A stretch of DNA of 64,000 nucleotides from Octopus sinensis (lineage: Eukaryota): NCBI RefSeq assembly GCF_006345805.1, contig NC_042998.1, positions 171,182,001 through 171,246,000 of the forward strand, in the 5' to 3' direction. The translations under genes and the position numbers were made by a program. Below are positions 50,842 through 61,919 of this stretch, one piece after another. How positions within the stretch are numbered: the stretch's first letter is position 1; every line of letters starts with the position of its first letter. A model generated the notes under the pieces. The model did not search any database and had not been told where the DNA came from. It saw only the letters and a program-made list of their open reading frames with translations.

Positions 50842-51348
50842 TATATGTATATATGTATATCTATATATTTATATGTATATATATGTATATATGTATATTT
50901 ATATGTATATATCTATATATGTATATTTATATATGTATATTTATATGTATATATCTATATATGTATATTTATATGTATTTATATATGTATATATATATAA
51001 TATATATGTTTATATGTATATATGTATATTTATATGTATATCATCATCATCATCGTTTAACATCCGCTTTCCATGCTAGCATGGGTTGGATGTATATATG
51101 TATATATATTATATATATATATGTTTACATATATGTATATTCATGTGTATATATATGTATATTTATATGTAATATATATATATATATATATGTTTATATG
51201 TATATATGTATATTTATATGTATATCATCATCATCATCGTTTAACATCCGCTTTCCATGCTAGCATGGGTTGGATGTATATATGTATATATATTATATAT
51301 ATATATATGTTTACATATATGTATATTCATGTGTATATATATGTATAT

Positions 51349-51386
<38 letters not shown>

Positions 51387-51813
51387 GTGTATGTATATAT
51401 GTATGTACATATATATGTATATATGTATATATATATATATGTGTATATATATATGTATATATATATGTGTATATATATATGTATATATATATGTGTGTAT
51501 ATATATGTGTATGTATATATTTGTGTATATATATATATGTATATACATGTGTATGTACATATATATGTATATATATGTGTATGTATATATATGTATATAT
51601 ATGTGTATGTATATATATGTATATATATGTGTATGTATATATATGTGTATATATATGTGTATGTATATATATGTGTATATATATGTATATATATATATGT
51701 GTGTATATATATATATGTATATGTATATATGTGTGCATATATATATGTGTGTGTATATATGTGTATATATATATGTATATATGTGTATATATGCGTACAT
51801 GTGTGTATATATG

Positions 51814-51860
<47 letters not shown>

Positions 51861-51925
51861 CGCGTGTGTACTGTTGGCGATTTTTTTCCTCTGTCTTCCC
51901 TTCTTTGTATCTTTCCTTTTCCTAT

Positions 51926-51960
51926 GTTTCTGACGAAGAGCTCCGCTCGAAACGTTAAAC
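51926..51960 (+). ncRNA. Minimal type I hammerhead ribozyme, intact core, in a Penelope-like LTR remnant (~51858-52075)
   Basis: GUUU-CUGACGA-A-GAGC[UCC]GCUC-GAAA-CG-UU^AAAC; palindromic ACGU stem III. Confidence 0.75.
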
Positions 51961-52072
51961 CCCCCTTCTTTCTTTCCTTCCTGAGCGTCCAATAATACTA
52001 TATTTGTTCCACGTCCTCGCGATGTTGTATTTTCTCTTTGTGTTTTCATGTTTGGATTAACTTTATATGTGT

Positions 52073-52143
<71 letters not shown>

Positions 52144-52275
52144 AGTGAAAGAATGGAGTCGAACGACGATTTTAACAAAATTTCTTTATTCTCGACATAT
52201 GTGTTTTCTTACGTGAATTTGCTACCCAGGTATCGGTTAACCGAATTGTCCATACTAGGATAATTCATTCACCTA

Positions 52276-52315
<40 letters not shown>

Positions 52316-52319
<4 letters not shown>

Positions 52320-53128
52320 GTTGTGCGGGAAGTTCGTGCCGATTTATTGTAGCTTACATTTCGTCTTATTTTAGAACATGGTTGAGTTCATAAAATAGGA
52401 TTTGACTACACCGCCATTTAGAGCACAGCTTAAGCTATCATTTCGTGGAAGAAGGTTTATGTTCCTATAACCTGTGTTAATTCTGTAACCCTTTAAAATG
52501 GAAGATAAAGTTCACTTTCGGTACTTGATGCTTTTCTTTTTCCGTAAAGTGAAAAATGCCTCACAAGCAACCAAAGATATATGCGCAGTTTACGGTGATG
52601 TTTCTTTATCCGAAAGAACTGTTCGGAAATGGTTCGCAAGGTTTCAAGCTGGAGATTGTAGCCTTATTGATAAAGAGCGATCAGGCAGACCATCCACTAC
52701 AGATGATGACCAAATCAAGTCACTAATTGGAAATAACCCACATTGCACAACCCGAGAATCAGCAGAAAGCCTCAACCTATCAAAATCCGTCGTTCATGAG
52801 CCCCTGGTAAAGCCTGGGTACACAAATAACTACGATGTTTGGGTACCACATGAGTTGAGTGAGAAGACCCTTTTGGATCGCATTTCCACATGTGATTCGC
52901 TTTAGAAACGGAAAGAAAATGCGCCTTTTTTAAAGCCAATTGTGACAGGTGATGAGAAATGGAATATCTACCGAAGTGTTCAGAGAAAGCAATCCTGGAG
53001 TAAGCGACATGAGCCACCCTTAGCCACCCCAAAGGCGGGTCTTCGCCCTAAATAAGTCTTGCTTTGTGTCTAGTGGGACTGAAAAGGAATTCTGTATTAT
53101 GAGCTTCTCCCAAGTAACCAGACAATAA
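52316..53128 (+). mobile_element. Mariner element, 3'-truncated, pseudogenised transposase
   Basis: Inserted in (TA)n; ORF 52498..52905 with RSGRP and WVPHEL; IVTGDEKW follows a stop. Confidence 0.9.
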
Positions 53129-53924
53129 AGGTTAGGATTTCTTTAGTCTCAATGGTTGAGGAGAGGATTTTTGTTTATTTGTCCTATGGCCTTTCTGTTT
53201 ATCCTTTCCGTATTCCATTTCAATTTTTCTTTATTTGATGTGCACATAACATCCTACATTTACGTACGCTTGTATGTATGTATGTATGTATGTATGTATG
53301 TATGTATGTATGTATGTATGTATGTATGTATGTACATCAAGTCACTTATGGGGCTCTCACAAGTGCTACTGGTAACATGGAATCCAGTACAACCTGTTGC
53401 ATGGTCGGATTGTCGGCGACTAAACCGGCATCTCCACCAGACTGTCCTGGCAAGGAGGGTTGCTAGAAACCCAGCAGGATTAAAAACAAGATCTGTTGAA
53501 AGGTTGATGAACCTAGTGCAGGCTTAACAGCTATCAAGCAATAGCACAAGTATGCAGAAATTCTGGGATGGTGTCTGGCATGCTAGAAGGTCACTGGGAG
53601 GGAAGCACCCCTTAGCTTCTCTTGAAGCATATCTCTAGGAGAAGGTCACGCTGATATAAAATCAGATATGCAGGGAATGGTACTGGACATTTTGGGGATC
53701 TTGGGTTGTGTTAGAGATCATGGCGCTCCCACATCCCTGAGCCTCCGACTCATATTGGCACCAGACATCTCGCTCTGGCTTGTCTCTGGATAATGTCAAT
53801 AGAGTAGAGAAGGTCTATGAGGTGTCATACAAGCCTTATTGGACCTAAAACTCTGCACAGGCATTGCTGACATCTGCTCGATATGTGCTGCTTTTTTCCC
53901 CTATATATATATATTTAGTTAGTT

Positions 53925-54550
53925 AGTTAATTTGGCTCAAAAGCAAATAGCAAGGCCATGTAGGGGGCAATGGAGTTAAGTACAGGGTGGTGTTCATGTA
54001 AAGAGTTCAGGCCACTTGAGGTCAAGGGAGGCTTTGAACAAAGCGGTCGTCGGCATCTTCACCATCTCGTCTGGCAGCTTGTTCCATGGATCCGCAACCC
54101 GGACGAAGAAAGCTCCTCTCCTTCGATTGAGATGAAATCGTCGCAGGTAGAGCTTTTCGGAATGACCCCGCAGCCAACGCTCTGGAGCAGGAGTGAAGAA
54201 CAGCTCTTTCGAGAGGTTACACTTTCCGCTTATGATGTGGGCGAGAATGAGATCACCACGGCGGCGTCGTTTTTCTAGAGAATAAAGGTCGAGCGTCCTC
54301 AGCCTTTCTTCATAGGACACATTTTTGAGACCATAAACCATGCGGGTAGCCAGCTTCTGGACCCTTTCGAGATACTGTATGTCTTTGAGGAGATAAGGAG
54401 AAGAGGCTTGAATCCCGTACTCCAATATGGGTCTCACCAGCGTGACATAGAGTGGTAGGAATATGGCTGCTGTGAGCATTCCGAATGACCGTCGAATCAA
54501 GAACAGAATTCCGCGTGCTTTGTTGGCAGCATGGATGCACTGGGCCGATT
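53925..54550 (-). mobile_element. CR1-clade LINE 3' end
   Basis: VRPILEYG...LERVQKLATRMV...SYEERLRTLDLYSLEKRRRRGDLI...FVRVADPWNKLP. Confidence 0.9.
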
Positions 54551-54599
54551 TTATTTTCAGTATATATGTATCATTATTCTCAGTATATATTTATTTTAT

Positions 54600-55620
54600 T
54601 TTTATTCGGAAGCCATGTGGCGATGGGAAGGTAGCGAAGCATGCAGACCTGACGAGTTGGAAGCATGTAGTCGGCGACCTACATGTAGGCAGTCCATACT
54701 AGATATAAAGTCGTCTCCTTGTCGTCCAAGAAAGCGATAGGATTCGGTTGCTGCATGGGTGTCTGAGCAGCTCTATTTGGAGAGGGCACAGCTCACCCGG
54801 AGGCCGGGGAGGTTATAGAATAATATGTGGTAGCTACGGAGGTATTGCTCTACTATCAGCTGGTGGCAAGGTTCTGGAAAATATTCTTACCCACCTGAAT
54901 GTGTGTCTCGTAAATGCTGTCCTACCTGAATCTCAATGTGGCTTCCGATCTGGTAGAAAGACAATGGATATGATTTTCACAGCAAAACAGATGCAGGAGA
55001 AGTGCTATGAGAAGAATATGGATCTTGTCCACGTATTCATTGACTTAACCAAGGCCTTTGATACTGTGAATTGGGCCTTGCTATGGAAAATACTTGGCAG
55101 ACTTGGATGTCCGGATCACTTTGTATCTATAATTAAATCATTTCATGATGGGATGGAGGCTTGGGTCAATATTGGTGGTGGCATGACGGGACCCATTCCT
55201 GTAGAGAAAGGTGTCAATCAGGATGACATTCTTGGAGAACTTGTTAGTGGAAAGAGTTCCAGACAGAAACCAAGGCTGCGATTTAAGGACTGACTCAGTT
55301 CCTCATTAAAGGCCTGTGATATGCAGGAGACTGACTGGAAGAGCAATACCTGCCGTCGCCACAGATGGAGGAAGCAGGTTAAGGAGAGGGTCGACAGCTT
55401 TGAGAGAGCACGTATGCTACATGAAGAATTTTAAGCGTGCTGCTCGAAAACGCACTGCTAGTGTAGTGAATGGGGAAAGCTTGGCTTGCAATGTTTGCAG
55501 TCGTGTATGCTTACCAAGAGAGGACTCATTAGCCACCAACGGAGCTGCAAATGCAAAATAGTTAGTCCTAGAGCGCACAATGTTCATAAAGGTCAGCAAT
55601 GGTCTTCCTCAGTCACGAGT
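54600..55620 (+). mobile_element. RTE LINE with large internal deletions
   Basis: LPESQCGFRSGR...FIDLTKAFDTVN joined directly to the C-terminal RLRFKD region and a CNVCSRVC finger. Confidence 0.9.
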
Positions 55621-57555
55621 GGACGGCCATCATCATCATGTATGTATGTATGTATGGATGGATGGATGTATGGATGGATGGATGGATGGATGGGTGGGTG
55701 GGTGGGTGGATGGATGGATGGATGAATGTGTGTGTGTGTGTGTGTTGTGTGTGTGTGTATACATGTATATATTTATACTACAAGAATGCACAAACCTTAT
55801 AATCCTTTTTCACATACTAGATGTTACTTAACATCTATATAAATGAAAACATTGGACATTTATCTATACTTCACTACGTGCGTGAATGCACATATGCACT
55901 CACACACACATCGATATTTTGGCCTCCACATTCCTCTCATTTTCTTTCCTTCGCTTACTCTTATCATTTGTCGTTCTCTCCTTCTTTCATTCTATCTTTC
56001 TAAACCTCTTTCTCCTGTCTTCACTTACTCTCAGTGTCGCACATTGTATCTCATTTTCTGGTCTCATTATTCCACTCCCAAAATTCCTTTTGTACTAGGC
56101 TTGTTAATTAAACAAATGTCGTAAATTTTGTATCGTTTTCTTTTCTCTATTTCGCTCATTTCTCTCATTCTTTTTCCTTCACTTTGATAAAGGGTACAAT
56201 TTGAGACGTTAGATTTCTTTCAACTTCTTTCATTGGCAAATATATTTTCACAGTACACATTCTTATATTGTTGTTTTATTTCATATTTCTAATTTTTTCT
56301 CTCACATGTTTTGCCTGTCTGACTCCATGTATTATTTGTTTGTTTGTCTCCTCCCTGTGTCACAGTCTTATTCGTTCAATTTGTGCAGTTGTGTGTGTGT
56401 GTATATGATGGTGGTAATCAACTCGATGCCGAGCATAATCACATTTTCATTGCAAACATATGATATTTGTGACATTTCTGTCACGGGCCTTCAGATGATA
56501 CTGAGTCCAGATTTTGTTTTAAATACAGAGCAACCTCGGTTCTCGAACGTCTCACATGACGAACAAATTGGTTTTCGAATTGACAATTCGAGATGAAAAT
56601 GCCTTGGTTATCGAACAAAATTTTGGTTCTCGAACAACATTGCCAAACCGAGTTAACCCGAACGGAATCATTATTCGTTTTCTTTTCCAATTTTATTGTA
56701 CTGTGCCTTATTTTCTCTTCATCAGTCCTTAGTCATGGCTCTAAAGAAAGCTAGCAGTAATACTGATAAAGGAAAAAGAAAAGTTGAGATAAAAACAGTT
56801 GAAATGGAGAAAGAAATCATCGCAAAACACGAAAATGACGTTTGTGTGTCAGATCTCGCCGTGCAATACTGTATGCCTAAATCAGCAATATCTACTATTC
56901 TGAAAAATAAGGAAGTGGTAAAAGCAGCTGATGTTGTAAAAGGAGTGACTGTTATTAATAAACAAAGACCACTCGAAGAAGTGGAAAAGTTATTGCTTAT
57001 TTTTATAAATGAGAAACAGTTAGCAGGTGACAGTATCAGTGAAGTATCTATTTGTGAGAAAGCATTAAAAAGTTACAATGATCTAGTAAAGAAAACCTCT
57101 GGTACAAGTACTGAAAGTGATACTTTTGAATACAAAGCTAGTAGAGGCTGGTTCAAGAAATTTAAGAGAAGTGAAATAACACAGTGTAATTAGGCATGGA
57201 GAGGCAGCGAGTTCAAACAAAGAAGCGACTGAGAAATTTGTGATTGAGTTTAGTGACTTGATAAAGGAAGGAGGTTATCTCCCCCAACAGGTGTTTAACG
57301 GGGATGGAACAGGATTATTTTGGAAATGAATGCCAAATAGGACCTATATTACCAAGGAGTAAAAAGCATTGCCAAGGCACAAGCCAATGAAAGATGGAAG
57401 TTTTTATGGAAGGTGGGCTCCCCTTCTAAAAAATAACACACTTTTGTGTGTTATTTACAGTTTGAATAAACGTTTTTATACTAAAATATATAGTGTAAGC
57501 ATGTAAATAAGTATTCATCTGGTGCTTGGAAACGAATTAATCTCTTTTACATTGT

Positions 57556-57998
57556 GGAATTACAACCGTGTTTCGTGGTCTGCTACCACAACAGCTCCTT
57601 TATAGGATCCAGTTAGCTCAAGACATCATCAGGAGGAACCACGTCCGGTTTTGGCCCCTACTCCTCTACCGTTTTGACGTGGCGCCCCTCCTCTTTCGGA
57701 GGTGCCTTCAGCTCTGGTGTTGGGCGCATGTCTTCTTTCTTCTGTTCCCTGGCCTCTTCGGTGTAGCGTCAACGAGTGTCAGCCGGCGACTGACTTACTT
57801 TTCAAATTTTTTCCCTTTAAATACCTGCTGCTAGGCTCCAGCAGGCAACCCCAGCAAGTTGTCACGTGACACTGTCTCAACTGACTAATGAAGGCGCGTA
57901 GTCTTAGCCCACGCAATCTCTAAACGACTGTCACCTGTCAGTCAGCGAAGCTAATTCAGTGTCAGCTTGTCTCACCTAGTGATGTTATTTCCCGCCGG
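57556..57998 (-). mobile_element. 443-bp solo Penelope-like LTR inserted in the Tigger
   Basis: 6-bp TSD CATTGT (57550-55 and 57999-58004); GTCACGTGAC, TATTTAAA and a hammerhead-like domain in that order on the minus strand. Confidence 0.65.
57615..57713 (-). ncRNA. Compact permuted hammerhead-like motif (99 nt; G12 to A)
   Basis: Six helices in the same order as 61172-61336 despite no evident sequence similarity; GUA^ at 57667. Confidence 0.65.
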
Positions 57999-58931
57999 CA
58001 TTGTAATGAGAAAAAACGATTTGGTTCTCGAACAACTTTCTAGAACAGACTTTCAGAACAAATTATGGTTGAGAACCGTGATTGCTTTGTATTTTTGTGG
58101 CAATTTATTTTCATGGTGTACAGAGTTCTCTTCTCCCGCCTGTACCCGGCTCCGATGTGATTTTCTGCTCTTGTATATTTATTTCATGGAATTCTAGTTT
58201 GTGAAAAGAACGACTCATTTACTTACTACCACAGCTAATCCAACTGTACTAGGATTTCAGTGAGATCACAGAAGTCTGGGAATGTCGATTATAGACATAG
58301 GAACTTTATTACTTCAAAGTAACTGCTAATCAATGCAACGGAAATATGAAAAACCTATTATAAAAAAGATAAAACCGGTACATCATCGTGTTTTTAATGA
58401 AGCTATTTCTGATATATACAAACATATATACAAGCATAACACACATATTTATATTTCAGTATCATTACTATTTTCCTTAATCAAAGTCTGTTTGATTTGC
58501 AGAGTTCTTCCCATCACCTAAGTTGTTAAGCTGCCTTATTTACTTTCTTTCATTCTATTGTATAAGCGGAAACTGTGAATGAGCGTCGTAATTAACTGGA
58601 ATTAGAAAACCAACTCAATTCAGTATAAAACGTTTGATGTTATGATGTTAGCCAACGTAAGATTAACTTTTTAATTATTATATATTTTATTGTTAAACAA
58701 TATTATCGTTGGTCTCAAGTTTCTCCCACAAGCTTACGACAGGCCAGTTCAATGGCTTACTACATTTCTTATGGCGAGAGAGTGTCTATATATAAATATA
58801 TATATATATAAAGGGGTTTGTATGATTGTGTATAGAGGGATATATATTATTCGAAGAAATTCCAAGTCTGTCTGTTTTTTATGTTTTATTTATATTCTTT
58901 ATAATATTAATGTAGAATATAGAATATATAG

Positions 58932-59051
<120 letters not shown>

Positions 59052-59061
59052 TATATATATA

Positions 59062-59367
59062 GGCACAGGAGTGGCTGTGTGGTAAGTAGCTTGCTAACCA
59101 ACCACATGGTTCCGGGTTCAGTCCCACTGCGTAGAATCTTGGGCAAGTGTATTCTGCTATAGCCCCGGGCCGACCAATGCCTTGTGAGTGGATTTGGTAG
59201 ACGGAAACTGAAAGAAGCCCGTCGTATATATATATGTATGTGTGTTTGTCCCCCGGCAACAGAGACCGATAAAGAATAAGTCCCGGGGTCGAGTTGCTCG
59301 ATTAAAGGCGGTGCTCCAGCATGGCCGCAGTCAAATCACTGAAACAAGTAAAAGAGTAAAAGAGTAT
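59062..59367 (+). mobile_element. SINE family A
   Basis: Head and tail as at 39557. Confidence 0.8.
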
Positions 59368-59727
59368 ATGTATATAAATTTATAGTATAAAATAGGGACT
59401 CAGAGAATCATGTGGCTATCACAAAAAGCTCCTCATACAGATTCGGCTAACAGTCAGTTCTAGAGTTGAATCATTGATATGACTATGATGTTCTGGTGAT
59501 CTCATGAGCTAGCTTTCTTTATCTGCATTGATTTGTGAATATACAAATATATTGTATAATTCCGAGCATGCATACTAATACAAACATGTAAGCATAATTT
59601 CTTCCACATTGAAATCATTACTATATGAAGAACGCTGCGAAACGGCCGTAACCCTAAGGATGTCAAATGGTTAAATATATTCACCTCTCATGCTGTCTGA
59701 CTTTTATGATTTATATATACATATTCA

Positions 59728-60030
59728 GGTGCAGGCATGGCTGTGTGGTAAGAAGATTGTTTCCCAACCGCATGGTTCTGGGTTCAGTCCCACTGCGTGG
59801 CACCTTCGACAAATTTTTTCTTCTATAGTCTTGGGCTGACCAAAGCCTTGTGAGTAGATTTGGTAGACGGAAACTGAAAGAAGCCCGTCGTGTATGTATA
59901 TGTTTGTCTGGCTGTGTTTGTTCTCCCACCATCACTTGATAGCCGATGTTGGTGTGTTTATGTACCCGTAACTTAGCGGTTCCGCAAAAGAGAACGATAG
60001 GATAAAGACTAAGCTTACAAAGAATAAGTC
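59728..60030 (+). mobile_element. SINE family A, 3'-truncated
   Basis: Head as at 39557. Confidence 0.8.
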
Positions 60031-60326
60031 GAACTTTTTTCTTCTTTCTCTCCCTTTTCTTCCTTTCCTTCTTTTTCTTTAACACTTCATTCAGATACAA
60101 AAACACAGACACACACATACACACACACATACACACACACACACGCACACACACACACACACGCACACACACACACGCACACACACACACACACACATAC
60201 ACACACACATGCTCTCTCTCACTTTCTCCCCATTCATCACCCTCTTGTACTATCCTATATCTCTCCCCACCGCTACACACCCAATAACACTATAAAAAGA
60301 GTGAAAATTCCTGCAAGAACTTAGTT

Positions 60327-60363
60327 CAATTTGAAGAATCCACTAGAATGGACGAAAGCGCTG
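60327..60363 (+). ncRNA. Decayed minimal type I hammerhead-like motif
   Basis: UUGAAGA-AUCC[ACUAGAAU]GGAC-GAAA-GCGC-U-G; three mismatches to consensus. Confidence 0.3.
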
Positions 60364-60477
60364 ATATATGATATTTGATATATGATGTATAAAAAATGTA
60401 ATATACAAATAAATATCTGTAAATATAAAACCATCCGATTTTCTGAGTACCTCATTTCTTCTAATATATATATATAT

Positions 60478-60691
60478 TTGACTGAAGACTGAGGGGTTCG
60501 AATGTCCTGTCCATGTTTATTGTGTCGTCTTCTAAGAGTTATACGTTCTTGTCCATGTTGTATTTTTCTACATACCTTAACATATATTCCAGGCGCCCCG
60601 TACCCACCTTATCATTAATGTGAGCACATATTCTTAATAATTGGTACGACTCTCTTTGTCTCCCTCTCTCTCTCATTTTACTTGATCTGTC

Positions 60692-60731
<40 letters not shown>

Positions 60732-61408
60732 ACTCATCCTCTTTTTCTCTTCTCTTTACCCTCCTTTTTCTTTGTCTCGCTCTGCACTCACAGTCATTCT
60801 TCGACACCCATCCCTTCTCATCTCTGATCCCTTCTTTCTCTCTCTTCTCTCTCTTTGTTGCGTTTTGTCCCTCGTCTCTCTCTCTCTTCCTTTGCTTCTC
60901 TTTCTTTTCTTTTCCCTCTTCTCTGTCACGTGACTGTTGGCCGAAATCTGCCTTTCAGCTCCTGACCCTCGTCGTGTTAACATCGTTGTTTTTCGTCCGC
61001 CGCTATAAAGGCTTCTTCCAATGCGCCAGAGAAAAAATTTGTTTGCTTGTTATCAGTCGTAAGACACTTGTTGTTTTCACCGTTAATGCTTCTGTATTTC
61101 ATGTTTCTGTATTCCATTATTGTTTTTTGTTTTTTTATATCTGTCCCTTTTGCTGTCCTGGTGTTCGTATGCATTCGATCCTTCTTCCAGGAAATCTACG
61201 CTTCCAGCTTAGTTTTTCTAATGCTCGTTGCTTAGTTTTTCTTGGAGGGCTGGCCGTGATCTAGTAATCTCAAGATTAATCAGCCGAAATTACTACGATG
61301 ATCCGGTTCTTGACTGAAGACTGAGGGGTTCGAATGTCCTGTCCATGTTTATTGTGTCGTCTTCTAAGAGTTATACGTTCTTGTCCATGTTGTATTTTTC
61401 TACATACC

Positions 61409-61412
<4 letters not shown>
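60478..61412 (+). mobile_element. Non-coding Penelope-like/retrozyme-like element (family 2) with 103-bp identical direct terminal repeats
   Basis: 60478-60580 equals 61310-61412; flanked by (TA)n; no RT ORF. Confidence 0.8.
61172..61336 (+). ncRNA. Permuted hammerhead-like ribozyme candidate with complete core
   Basis: AUC^ 61269, GAAA 61286-89, CUGAAGA 61314-20, each in register with 6-bp stems I and III; G10.1-C11.1 pair 61248/61285. Confidence 0.7.
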
Positions 61413-61451
<39 letters not shown>

Positions 61452-61599
61452 TATATATAATACAAAATAAGAAAATGGAGAAATATATCTTAATCAATAA
61501 TCAACTACCAGATAATACCCAATCACATAATTTATTAAACCACTACATATGAACATTAATGTCAAACATAATAATATAGAACAGAACAATGTGCATATA

Positions 61600-61666
<67 letters not shown>

Positions 61667-61757
61667 ATATATATAATATTAGGGAATAAATCCAAACTTA
61701 CAGGGAAAAATGAGATTTAGGATTAAATCCAATTTTGTAGTATAAATATATTATATT

Positions 61758-61828
61758 ATATTAAATTAGAGATAAAACCACCATTATTTTTCACTGTTTG
61801 ATTTGCCTAATAGTGGTTTTATCTCTAA

Positions 61829-61836
<8 letters not shown>
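61758..61836. other. 24-bp perfect inverted repeat with 31-nt spacer, flanked by (TA)n
   Basis: ATATTAAATTAGAGATAAAACCAC / GTGGTTTTATCTCTAATTTAATAT. Confidence 0.9.

Positions 61837-61919
<83 letters not shown>

Larger units (their letters stand above)
56526..58089 (+). mobile_element. Tigger/pogo element with truncated CENP-B-like transposase
   Basis: TIR CAGAGCAACCTCGGTTCTCGAAC / GAGAACCGTGATTGCTTTG, TA flanks; ORF 56696..57193 with KASRGWF; QQVFN downstream. Confidence 0.9.

Noticed and set aside
50873-51958. Long ORFs (up to 286 aa) rich in Y/I/M/C/V
   Set aside because: They are translations of (TA)n/(TG)n microsatellites with no coding signal.
52147-52270. Minus-strand GAAAACACATATGTC, resembling a hammerhead stem III and GUC site
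   Set aside because: No CUGANGA found on either side.
54640-54695. CTGACGA followed by a possible stem and the palindrome CCTACATGTAGG
   Set aside because: No GAAA in register, no UH site and no stem I partner.
56181-56215. TTGATAA-AGGG..TTT-GAGA-CGTT hammerhead-like spacing
   Set aside because: It needs six or more substitutions to fit the core, which is too degenerate to call.
61248-61294. HDV-like or twister interpretation of the family 2 pseudoknot
   Set aside because: No P3/L3/P1.1 (HDV) or T1/T2 (twister) consensus; the hammerhead core nucleotides fit exactly.
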